Shown in pieces: positions 42,272 to 52,394 of a DNA stretch of 64,000 nucleotides. Position 1 is the stretch's first letter. Each line of letters opens with the position of its first letter. The notes under the pieces were generated by a model that made no database searches, was not told where the DNA came from, and saw only the letters and a list, made by a program, of their open reading frames with translations. Source of the stretch: Rebecca billardiae RCC1528 (taxonomy: Eukaryota; Protista; Haptophyta); contig OZ251233.1 of NCBI GenBank assembly GCA_965240325.2, positions 2,232,001-2,296,000 of the forward strand. Reading direction: 5' to 3'. Both the position numbers and the translations under genes were made by a program.

Positions 42272-42697
42272 GCGCGACGCTGCGCGCCGCGCGCCCCGCC
42301 GCCATTTTTTCACGCGGCCACGGACGAGCGGCCACTGCGCCATCGTCGCGAGACGCGGCGGCAGGTCGCTCGGGGAGGGGCGCGGGCGACGCGACTCGTG
42401 CTCGCGCCCGTGCGCGCTCGCCCGTCCGCGGGCGTTCCTCGAGCCCCGCCGAGCGCACCGAGCGCGACGCTGCGCGCCGCGCGCCCCGCCGCCATTTTTT
42501 CACCGGGCCGACGACGGGCCATGGCCGAGCGGCGCCATTGTGTTACGTGTTACGGTGTTACAGCTGTAACAGGGGGCCTCCTCCCGGGCCCGGCGGCCCG
42601 CCCGCCCCGGACCTGGACCGGTCGGCTCCCGGACTCGCCGCGCCGGACTTGTTACGTGTTACGGTGTTACAGCTGTTACAGGGGGCCTCCTCCCGGG
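42272..42697. repeat. Right inverted-repeat arm
   Basis: Reverse complement of 40358-40789; gccatttttt at 42301 and 42491. Confidence 0.9.
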
Positions 42698-43935
42698 CCC
42701 GGCGGCCCGCCCGCCCCGGCCCCGGCCCGGCCGGCTCCCGGACTCGCCGCGCCGGACTTGTTACGTCGTGTTACGGTGTTACAGCTGTCTGTTACAGGGG
42801 GCCTCCTCCCGCGGGCCCGGCAGCGCGGCCCCGGGGCCCGCCGGCAGCCCCGGACTCGGACGAGCCGGACTTGTTACGTGTTACGGTGTTACAGCTGTTA
42901 CAGGGGGCCTCCTCCCGGGCCGCGAGGCCCGGGCCCGCCGGCAGCCCCGGACCCGGACGCGCCGGACTTGTTACGTGTTACAGGTGTTACAGCTGTTACA
43001 GGGGGCCTCCTCCCGGGCCCGGCGCGGCCGGCCCGCCGGCAGCCCCGGACTCCGGGACGAGCCGGACTTGTTACGTGTTACAGGTGTTACAGCTGTTACA
43101 GGGGGCCTCCTCCCGGGCCGCGAGGCCCGGGCCCGCCGGCAGCCCCGGACCCGGACGCGCCGGACTTGTTACGTGTTACAGGTGTTACAGCTGTTACACG
43201 GGGGGCCTCCTCCCGGGCCCGGCGCGGCCGGCCCGCCGGCAGCCCCGGACTCCGGGACGAGCCGGACTTGTTACGTGTTACAGGTGTTACAGCTGTTACA
43301 GGGGGCCTCCTCCCGGGCCGCGAGGCCCGGGCCCGCCGGCAGCCCCGGACCCGGACGCGCCGGACTTGTTACGTGTTACAGGTGTTACAGCTGTTACTCA
43401 GGGGGCCTCCTCCCGGGCCCGGCGCGGCCGGCCCGCCGGCAGCCCCGGACTCCGGGACGAGCCGGACTTGTTACGTGTTACAGGTGTTACAGCTGTTACA
43501 GGGGGCCTCCTCCCGGGCCGCGAGGCCCGGGCCCGCCGGCAGCCCCGGACCCGGACGCGCCGGACTTGTTACGTGTTACGGTGTTACAGCTGTTACAGGG
43601 GGCCTCCTCCCGGGCCCGGCGCGGCCGGCCCGCCGGCAGCCCCGGACTCCGGGACGAGCCGGACTTGTTACGTGTTACAGGTGTTACAGCTGTTACAGGG
43701 GGCCTCCTCCCGGGCCGCGAGGCCCGGGCCCGCCGGCAGCCCCGGACTCGGACGCGCCGGACTTGTTACGTGTTACGGTGTTACAGCTGTTACAGGGGGC
43801 CTCCTCCCGGGCCCGGCGCGGCCGGCCCGCCGGCAGCCCCGGACTCCGGGACGAGCCGGACTTGTTACGTGTTACGGTGTTACAGCTGTTACAGGGGGCC
43901 TCCTCCCGGGCCGCGAGGCCCGGGCCCGCCGGCCC
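42539..43935 (+). repeat. Tandem array of 14 ~100-bp units with an alternating A/B higher-order dimer
   Basis: Core ggacttgttacgtgttac(a)ggtgttacagctgttacagggggcctcctcccgggcc at ~42645, 42754, 42867, 42964, 43064, 43162, 43264, 43362, 43464, 43562, 43661, 43759 and 43858, plus the first unit at 42539. Confidence 0.95.
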
Positions 43936-44436
43936 AGGAGTGCCGCCGCGGACCGACCACGCCGCTGACTCAGGACGCCGACGGCGTCACGGGGGCGATG
44001 CGGCGCGCCGCCGCGCGGCCGCCGCCGCGCGCGCGCGCCTGACGCGCGCGCTGTCGAGCCGCAGTCCCTCGCGTGCCTGCGCGGGCGGGTGACCGGGGTG
44101 TTACCATCGCTACGGCCGACAGGGCCAAAAATCCCTATAGAAAACATTTCCCCTATGAAGGTAATATGGGTAGCAGAAACTCGGGTCCATACCCCGGCCC
44201 GCACTACTCCGCAGGGTTTGGCCACCGCCGTCAGCGCGTCACCGGCTGGACGGCAGCGGTCGCGTGTCGCTCCGCCGACAGGCGCAGCGGGCGTAGGTGT
44301 GGTGTTGGTCGCAAGGCGTGCCGCGGCTGCCCGAACGTCTCTTGCGCACTAGGGCCGCGCGCGGGCGGCGCCCAAGCGCACAGCTGCCCGGCCGGAGCCG
44401 CCGGTGCCCTCGGGGGCGCCTAAGCGCGCGTGCCGT

Positions 44437-46669
44437 CTACTTGGAGGCGTTGTACTCGGCGGTGAACTTGGTCATCATCTCCTTGATCGAGTCGTCGGTG
44501 CCCTTGGAGAGCGCGCCCTCCGCCTTGATCGTGTCGATCAGGCCCGGGTGCGAGGCCTTGGTGTGCGCGAGCAGCTGGTCGAGGAACGGGCCGACCTGCG
44601 CACACGCGCACACGGACACAGAGAAGAGAGCAGGAGGCGCGCGTGAGGCCGCGAGCGCGCGGCGGCGGCGCGCGGCGCGTGCGCGTGCGCGTGCGCTCAC
44701 CTCCGAGATCTGCAGCTTGTCGAGGAAGCCGCGCGTGCCCGCGTAGATGAGGATCACCTGCTCCTGGAAGGGCAGCGGCACGTACTGCTTCTGCTTGAGC
44801 AGCTCCGTCAGCCGCGCGCCGCGGTTGAGCAGGTACTGCGTGGCCGCGTCGAGGTCGGAGCCGAACTGCGCAAACGCCGCCATCTCACGGTACTGCGCGA
44901 GCTCGAGCTTGAGCGTGCCCGCGACCTGCTTCATGGCCTTGCGCTGCGCCGCGGAGCCTGTGCGTGCGCGGCAAGCGCGGGTCGGCGGCGTGGGCCGGGC
45001 GCGCGCGGCGCGATCAGCCTCCGCCTCTGCGCGCGCGGCGCTGCCGGCGGCGGCGGCGCGCGGGCGCGGCGCCGGGCGCGGCGCCGGGCGCGGCGCCGGG
45101 CGCGCGCGGCGAGGGCGGCGGCGCGCGGGCGCGCACCGACGCGCGAGACGGAGAGACCGACGTTGATCGCCGGCCGGATGCCGCGGTAGAAGAGCTCGGC
45201 CTCGAGGAAGATCTGCCCGTCCGTGATCGAGATCACGTTGGTGGGGATGTACGCGGACACGTCGCCCGCCTGCGTCTCGATCACGGGCAGCGCGGTGAGC
45301 GAGCCCGCGCCAAACGCGTCTGACATCTTGGCCGCGCGCTCGAGGAGGCGCGAGTGCAGGTAGAAGACGTCGCCGGGGTAGGCCTCGCGGCCGGGCGGCC
45401 GGCGGAGCAGCAGCGACATCTGGCGGTACGCGACCGCCTGCTTGGAGAGGTCGTCGTAGATGATGAGCGCGTGCATCCCGTTGTCGCGGAAGAACTCGCC
45501 GATCGTGCAGCCCGAGTAGGGCGCGATGAACTGCAGCGGCGCCGCCTCCGAGGCGGTGGCGGCGACGATGCACGAGTACTCCATCGCGCCCGCCTCCTGC
45601 AGCGTCTTCATCAGCTGCGCCACCGTCGAGCGCTTCTGCCCGACCGCGACGTACACGCAGTAGAGCGACTTGGACTTGTCGCCCGCCGCGTTGATGCTCT
45701 TCTGGTTGATCATCGCGTCGATGGCGACGGCCGTCTTGCCCGTCTGCCGATCGCCGATGATCAGCTCGCGCTGCCCGCGGCCGATGGGCACGAGCGAGTC
45801 GACGGCCTTGAGGCCCGTCTCCATGGGCTCGTGCACCGACTGCCGCGCGATGATGCCCGGCGCCTTCACCTCGATGCGCTGGCGCGTCACCTCGCCCGCG
45901 ATCGGCCCCTTGCCGTCGACCGGGTTGCCGAGCGCGTCGACGACGCGGTTGAGCATGCCCAGGCCGACGGGCATGTCGATGATCGCGCCGGTGCGCTTGA
46001 CCGTGTCGCCCTCCTTGATCTCGCGGTCGTTGCCGAAGACGACGATGCCGACGTTGTCGTTCTCCAGGTTGAGCGCCATGCCCTTGATGCCGCTGTCGAA
46101 CTCGACCATCTCACCGGCTTGCACTTTGCTCAGCCCGTGCACGCGCGCGATGCCGTCGCCGATGGCGAGCACCTTGCCCACCTCCGTCACCTCCGAGGCG
46201 CTCGAGAACTCGGCGATCTTCTTCTCGATGATCGACGAGAGCTCCGACGCCGACGGCTGGTTGGCCTTGGACGACTCTGCGCGGCGCGGCGCGGCGCGGC
46301 GCGATTCGAGGCGGCGGCGGCGCGGAGCCGGCGCGCGGCGCGCGTGCGCGGGGGAGTTCAGCCGGCGGCGAGCGAGCGGCGGCACGCGGGAGCGTGGTGG
46401 ATTTCACGGCGCCCCCCACCCGCGCGGCGTCGCGCGGCCTCGCGGCCGCGCCACGAGCTGGCGCACGCCCCGCGGCCGCGCGAAATCAACGCCCAGACCG
46501 CCGCCGCGCGGGGCGGCGGCCGACCCACGGCGCGCGTGCTCGGGCGCGCACCCGCTGGCCGGTTCGCCCGGAAGTGGCGCGCGCTGCATGCCGCGACGAC
46601 ACGCGTCGCAGCCCGTGCCTCGGGCACGACGCTGCGCCCGAGGGCGGCGAGCGAGCGCTGGGCCAGCAT
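44437..46669 (-). CDS. ATP1: Mitochondrial F1-ATP synthase subunit alpha, nuclear-encoded; introns 46277-46551, 44958-45136, 44596-44700
   Basis: [63 protein letters not shown]; Arg/Ala/Ser presequence [12 protein letters not shown]... Confidence 0.97.
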
Positions 46670-46950
46670 GGCAAGGGGCTCCCTTCGGCGACACACCCGA
46701 GGAGCGAGGCTCTCGGGGCCGAGAAATGAAAGGCCCGGACTCGCGCCTTTGAGCGAATGAGTGATTCACGCCGTGCGTGGCGTGCGTCCGGACCGGCCCC
46801 AGTGCTTGCAAGCAGCCGCAGCGCGAGCCAAGGACGCCTGACCGTGAGTTGTCCGGTCGTCCACCGGCGGCAGCGAGGGGGCCGCCTCGTCCGTGGGCGC
46901 GCCCGCGGAGCGCGAGGAGTGCCGCGGGCAGCGCGCCTGCGCCCGTCGCG

Positions 46951-48065
46951 ATGGCGAACAAGCTGCTCAAAGCGTTCAACCTGTGCGCGCCACGCGCGCG
47001 CGCGGGCGCGCTGGCGACGGCCGAGGCCGCGCGCGCCGCCGGGCTGATCGCGCGCCGCCGGCCGGCGCGCGCGCGGTCGTGGCCTGCGCAGAGACAACCA
47101 AAAGACGTTCCGTCCGAAGAAGAAGCACGTGGTCGGCACGAAGCGTTACGAGCTGCACAAGTACGCGCAGTCCACACTGGGTGCAGGTGCGGGCGCGCAC
47201 GCGCCGAGCGGCGGCAGGAGCGCGGCGGCGGCCCGGCGCGCACGCCCGGCCGCGCCGACCGCTCACCCGTGGCGCCGGCGCGGTGGCTGCCGGCCGCGCC
47301 GCGCGCAGGGAATCTGCGCGATGCGGTCGCGCTGCCGAGGGGCGAGGACGTGAACGAGTGGCTCGCGGTCAACAGTGCGCGCTGCGCGCGCGCGCGCCGG
47401 TGCGCGCGCTCGGAGCGCGAGCTCACTCGCGCCCGGCGGCGGCCCGTCCGCGGCGCCGCGCAGCGGTGGACTTCTTCAACGAGATCTCCCTGCTGTACGG
47501 CACCGTCGCCGAGTTCTGCACCGCCGAGTCCTGCCCCGTCATGTCCGCCGGCCCCAAGTACGAGTACATGTGGGCGGACGGCGTGGAGGTGAAGCGCCCC
47601 ATCTCCGTCTCCGCGCCCGAGTACATCGACCTGCTGATGAGCTGGGTGCAGAACCAGCTGGACAACGAGGACATCTTCCCGACGCGAATAGGCGTGCCCT
47701 TCCCGGATAACTTCCGCGAGATCGTCTCCAACATCTTCCGCCGCCTCTTCCGCGTGTACGGCCACATCTACCACTCGCACTTCGAGAGCATCCTCAACCT
47801 GGGCGCGGAGCCGCACCTCAACACGTGCTTCAAGCACTACGTCTACTTTGTGCGCGAGTTCGGGCTGATCCCGAACAAGCAGGAGATGGCGCCGCTGCAG
47901 GAGCTGATCGACCAGCTGCTCGCGCGCGACGAGGCGCTGTACGGCGGCAAGGCGGCGGGCGGCGCGGGCGGGAGCGCGGGCGCGGGCACGAGCAGCGCGC
48001 CGCCACAGGCCGCGCCGTCCGGCCCGCCGCGACAGCCGGCGGCCGCGCACGGGGCGCAGGGCTAG
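46951..48065 (+). CDS. MOB1: MOB kinase activator 1; introns 46983-47091, 47187-47308, 47375-47463
   Basis: KTFRPKK, TLGAGNLRDAVALP.GEDVNEWLAVNTVDFFN, CPVMSAGPKYEY.WADG, RLFRVYGHIYHSHF, HLNTCFKH. Confidence 0.96.
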
Positions 48066-48705
48066 GCGGTGTGCGCATGGGCGCTGGCGGCCGTGCGCGC
48101 CGCGTGCCCGCCGCCGGCCGCCGGCCCTCGCGCGTGCGCATCGCGCTGCGGTGCGCGAATCGACGCGCGCGCCCGGCCGAGGGCGAGCCCGGCATCCGCC
48201 ACCTCGATCGCGCCGCGGCAGGGCTGCAGTCGGAGGCGAGCGCGGGCCGCGCCAACTTCGGACTCCGCACGCGGCACGCCTGTCTGGCGGGCGCCATCGA
48301 GCTCCCGCGGCGCTCACGCGCCAAGGGCGCGCGCACGGCGGCCCCGTGCGTAGGCCGGTGCCGGCCGCTTCATGCCGTGCCCGGCGCGCGAAGGCGGAGC
48401 GAGCGTCAGGCAAAACTCATCTGCTTCCACGCCACTGGCGCCGGGCGGGATTCTGATGAACAACTGCGCGCCGATACCGGGGTAAATGCCGTTAGATCGC
48501 GTCGAATGATCATCGATGGCGAATCTTCGAATCGTGCTCGCAGCTCACAGCGCGGGCCAATCAGCGCACGACTTTCGGGTGCGTTCGCCTAGATATGATA
48601 GCTGTTCCGCATACTAAACTACGTTGCGGCAAGCAGTAGCCGCGTTACCGTCTGCTGCGGCGGGGGCCCACAAGGAGGGAGGGCGCCCCAGCACGCGCGG
48701 CGGCG

Positions 48706-51700
48706 ATGGCGACGGCGTCGGCGGCACCGGGGCTGCCGTACCGGCCCCCGGTCGCCGCGCGACAGCAGCCGCCGCACATCCACATCGCCAACCGCGTCGA
48801 CCGCGAGCGCGAGCACACCTCGCTCGCATCGTCGACGGCGGCGTTTGTGTTTGCCTCGTATGTGCGCCACCTGCTCGCGCTGTACTACTCGTCGATCTCG
48901 ATCTACGGGCTGGACAACGTGCCGCCGCGCGGCACGCCGACGATTCTGGTGAGCAACCACCGCAACCTCTTCGTGGACGGGCTGCTGATGAGCGTCGTCG
49001 CGCCGCAGCGGCAGGTGGCCTTCCTGGTGGCGGAGGTGTCGCTGCGCTTCCCGCTGATGGCGCGGCTGGCGAAGCTGCTCGGGTACATCCCGGTGAAGCG
49101 CTCGCAGGACTCGGCGGTGACGGGCGAGGGCGCGATCGTCGAGCTGCGCCCGCTCGCCGGGCCCCGCGCGCGCGTCGAGGTCGTCGGGCGCGGCACGTCC
49201 TTCCGCAGCCAGGCGCTGCTCGGCCACCGGCTGCTCATCTCGGGCGCGGGCGCGTACGACGAGCTCAAGGTGCTCTCCGTGCAGTCGGACGAGCTGCTCA
49301 CGGCGGACGTGGTGTCCGTGCTGCCCGACGAGGCCGAGGCCGACGCCGAGCAGATCGCCGTCGTGCGCGACACGGAGGGCGAACGCGCGGCGCTCTCGGC
49401 GCGGCACGAGGCGGAGGCGATGCAGCGGCAGCAGCAGCAGCGGCGGCAGCTGCAGCAGCAGACGCACGGCGGGCCGGCGGGGGGGCCGCCGCTGCAGCGG
49501 CAGCCGTCGGACGAGCGCGGCGGCAGGCCGGGGGACACGACCACGCGCCGCCGCGCCATCGAGCTCCCCGCCGCGCGCTTCAAGCTGGGCAAGCCGATTG
49601 ACCAACGGCACGTGTTCCAGAACGCGATCGCCAAGCTGGGGCACGGCTGGACGATCGGCATGTGCCCCGAGGGGCGCTCGACGGACCGGCACGGGCTGCA
49701 GCCGCTCAAGCCGGGCGCGGCGGCGCTCGCGCTCGCCACCGCGGCGGAGCACGACGTGCCCGTCGCCTTCGTCCCCGTCGGGCTGCTGTACCGTGCGTAC
49801 GCGTTCCGATCGCACGCGCTCGCGGTCGCGGGCGAGCCGTTCGCGCCGCCGCCCCGGCTGCTCGGCGCGTACAGAGAGGGCGGCGAGCGGCGGGCGGCGG
49901 CGACGCGCACGCTCACGCGGTACCTGCGCCGCCGGCTCTCCGAGCTCGCCTTCGCCGACGCGGACGACGCGGAGGAGGCGCGCACGCTCGTCTCGGCCGT
50001 GGAGGTTGTGCACTCGCACCTGGGGCACGCCCTCGCGCCCGAGGCGGCGCAGCACTCGGCGATCGCGCCGCTGCCGATCGGCCGGCCGGTGTGGACGCCG
50101 CACGTGCGGCACTCGCGGCACTGGCGGAGTCGCTCGCTCTCGACGAGCTCGGGCAGCGTGGGCGCGGCGCTCGGCGCGTCGGCGTCCTCGCCGGGCGGCA
50201 TCGCCGAGGAGCCGCCGGCGCGCCGCTCCGCCGCCTCCACCGCCTCCGCCACCGTGCACCCGAGCTCCGCGCCGCTGTGGCCAGTCGGGCTGGTGCCGGA
50301 GTACGAGCGGCTGCACGTGGCGCTGGCGCGCGCGCGCCGGGCGGCGAGGAGCGCGGCGGCGGAGGACGAGGGCGCGGCGAGGCTGCGCGCCGCGATCGGT
50401 CGGATGGGCACGCTCCGCGCGCGCATCGAGGCCAGCGGCCTCGACCGCCCCGCCCACGTCGCGCTGCTCCGCGGCTGGAGCGCGCGCGGGCTGCGCGCGT
50501 GGCAGGCGTGCGCCGCCGCGTACACGGCGCTGCTGCTGCTGCTCGCGCTCGCGCTCGCGCCCGGGATGGCGCCGAGCGCGGTGGCGGCCGCGGTGGCGAC
50601 GCGCGTCGCGCGCGCGCACGCCGAGCGCGACCGCGCGCTGCCGCACAAGGACAGCGGCGCCGACGTGCTCGCCTCCTTCCACGTGCTCATCTTTGCGTAC
50701 GCGTCCACCGCGGCCAACGTGCTGCTGGCGACGTGCGCGGCGGCGGGCGCGGCCGTGCTGCACGCGCTGGGCTGGCTGCTGCCGAGCGCGCCGCCGGGGT
50801 GCGCGCGCCGTGCAGCGCGCGGCGCGCGCCCGCGCCGGCCCCTTAGTGCGCTCAGCCGGCCCCTCCCGCCGCCCTCGCCCCTCCCGCCGCCCTCGCCCCC
50901 GCCCTCCGCCCCTCCCGCACGCAGGCTGGTGGTGCTGCTGTGCGCGCTGGTCGGCTGCCTGTGCATGCTGTACGTGCGGCTGGCGATGCTGGCGGCGGAC
51001 ATGCTGAGCGTGGCCGCCGAGCACTGGTGGCGCACGCAGTGCTGGCTGGCGCTCAGCCGCGAGGAGCGCGCGCAGCTGCTGGCGGAGGTGGACATCGTGC
51101 GCGCCATGCTCACGCCCGTGCTCGCCGCTTACATCCCGCGCAGGCGCGAGCCGCTCGCGGCGATGGGCGCGGCGTCACTCGGCTCCGCCGCCGCCTCGCA
51201 GCAGCAGCAGCAGCCGGAGGGCGGCGGCGCGCGCCTCTCGGCGGGCGGCGCGCGCCGCAGCTCGGCGAGCGTGGGCTCGGGCGCGGGCGCGGCGCCGCTG
51301 CCGCCCCTCATCGGGCCGGACGGCGCGCCGCTGCCGCCCGTCCTCCCGCCCGCCGACGCCGAGCTCGAGCTGGGCGGCCGCTCCTTCGAATCGCGCACCA
51401 GCGCCGAGCTCCTCGAGGTGTCGTCCTCGCTGTGGGGCTCGGAGCCGCCGACGCCGCAGGAGCGGGACGGACCCGCGCCGCTCAGCTCGGTGCACAGCCC
51501 GCCGCACCAGATGGCGCGCGCGGACGCGGCGGGGCACGAGTCGCCGCGGAGCGACGGCGCCGGCGGGGACGGCGCGCACGGCGGCGCGCACGGCGCCGGC
51601 GGACGCGGCGCTCGCGGCTCGGACGGGAGCGCCAAGCGCGCGCCGGCGAGCAGCGCGCAGCCCTCGGGCTCGGCCAGCGGGCGCGCGCTCGCAGCCGCTG

Positions 51701-51759
51701 GCGCCGCGGACTTGGTCGTAGACGAGCGCGGCGAGCCCACCGGTGGCGGGGCGGGGTGA
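48706..51759 (+). CDS. Membrane-bound glycerol-3-phosphate/DHAP acyltransferase (Sct1/Gpt2-like); probable intron 50799-50924
   Basis: NHRNLFVDG (HX4D), IPVKRSQD, PEGRS, LKPGAA.LAL, VPVGL; several C-terminal TM helices. Confidence 0.85.
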   Translation: MATASAAPGLPYRPPVAARQQPPHIHIANRVDREREHTSLASSTAAFVFASYVRHLLALYYSSISIYGLDNVPPRGTPTILVSNHRNLFVDGLLMSVVAPQRQVAFLVAEVSLRFPLMARLAKLLGYIPVKRSQDSAVTGEGAIVELRPLAGPRARVEVVGRGTSFRSQALLGHRLLISGAGAYDELKVLSVQSDELLTADVVSVLPDEAEADAEQIAVVRDTEGERAALSARHEAEAMQRQQQQRRQLQQQTHGGPAGGPPLQRQPSDERGGRPGDTTTRRRAIELPAARFKLGKPIDQRHVFQNAIAKLGHGWTIGMCPEGRSTDRHGLQPLKPGAAALALATAAEHDVPVAFVPVGLLYRAYAFRSHALAVAGEPFAPPPRLLGAYREGGERRAAATRTLTRYLRRRLSELAFADADDAEEARTLVSAVEVVHSHLGHALAPEAAQHSAIAPLPIGRPVWTPHVRHSRHWRSRSLSTSSGSVGAALGASASSPGGIAEEPPARRSAASTASATVHPSSAPLWPVGLVPEYERLHVALARARRAARSAAAEDEGAARLRAAIGRMGTLRARIEASGLDRPAHVALLRGWSARGLRAWQACAAAYTALLLLLALALAPGMAPSAVAAAVATRVARAHAERDRALPHKDSGADVLASFHVLIFAYASTAANVLLATCAAAGAAVLHALGWLLPSAPPGCARRAARGARPRRPLSALSRPLPPPSPLPPPSPPPSAPPARRLVVLLCALVGCLCMLYVRLAMLAADMLSVAAEHWWRTQCWLALSREERAQLLAEVDIVRAMLTPVLAAYIPRRREPLAAMGAASLGSAAASQQQQQPEGGGARLSAGGARRSSASVGSGAGAAPLPPLIGPDGAPLPPVLPPADAELELGGRSFESRTSAELLEVSSSLWGSEPPTPQERDGPAPLSSVHSPPHQMARADAAGHESPRSDGAGGDGAHGGAHGAGGRGARGSDGSAKRAPASSAQPSGSASGRALAAAGAADLVVDERGEPTGGGAG

Positions 51760-52124
51760 CGCGCTGCCCCGGCTGGCAGCAGTTGCCATATCGGTCGGCA
51801 GCATCGACTTATAGTCGTCCCACCCACAGTGACGGTACATGCACGCGACTATACTGCGCGCTGTACATATATATAGAGAGAGAGCCGCCGAGAGAGAGAT
51901 GAGTAGTAGAGTTCTGCAGCTGACTGTCTGCTGAGTGAGCCGGCCTGAGTCTGCTCCGACTGCTGGAGCGCGCTGACTGTAGTATGACTCGCTATGAGCA
52001 GTGAGTGTACATGTATATACGCGAACCTGTCGCCCGGCCGCCATCGTCACGTACTACACGCGTACTACTTGCAGCGCATATATGACTCATCACTCAGTGA
52101 GTCAGACATCACTCATCAGACTCA

Positions 52125-52360
52125 TCAGTCCTCATCGCCGAACACGTCGTCCCACCGCACGCCGCCCTCCGCGCGCGCGTCTGCGGCTCGCGCGGCGGGC
52201 GCGCGGCCAGCAGCCCGCGCGTTGGAGCGCGGTGCCGCTTCGCCGGACGGGTGCGCATCGCCCACCGCCTCCTGCTCCGCCTCCGCCTCCGCCGCGTCCT
52301 CGCCCTCGGCCTCGCTGTCCGCGCCGCTGCCGCTGCCGTCGGAGGGCGCGCCGCCCTCGC

Positions 52361-52394
<34 letters not shown>

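Larger units (their letters stand above)
40358..43935. mobile_element. Putative novel element: primase gene between long inverted repeats, with an expanded tandem array on the right arm
   Basis: 40358-40789 is the near-perfect reverse complement of 42272-42697; single enclosed ORF; array continues to ~43935; outer boundaries and TSD not identified. Confidence 0.7.

Noticed and set aside
42539-43935. CRISPR-like repeat/spacer appearance of the ~100-bp array
   Set aside because: The linkers are two alternating near-identical sequences rather than unique spacers, there are no cas genes, and the context is eukaryotic
31853-43935. Idea that the primase element delivered the hyd cluster
   Set aside because: The hyd genes lie outside the inverted repeats and no shared boundary or TSD is visible; adjacency alone is insufficient
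42034-44092. Long ORFs through the tandem array (644, 424 and 1035 aa)
   Set aside because: All three frames stay open only because the repeat lacks stops; the translations are repeat artefacts
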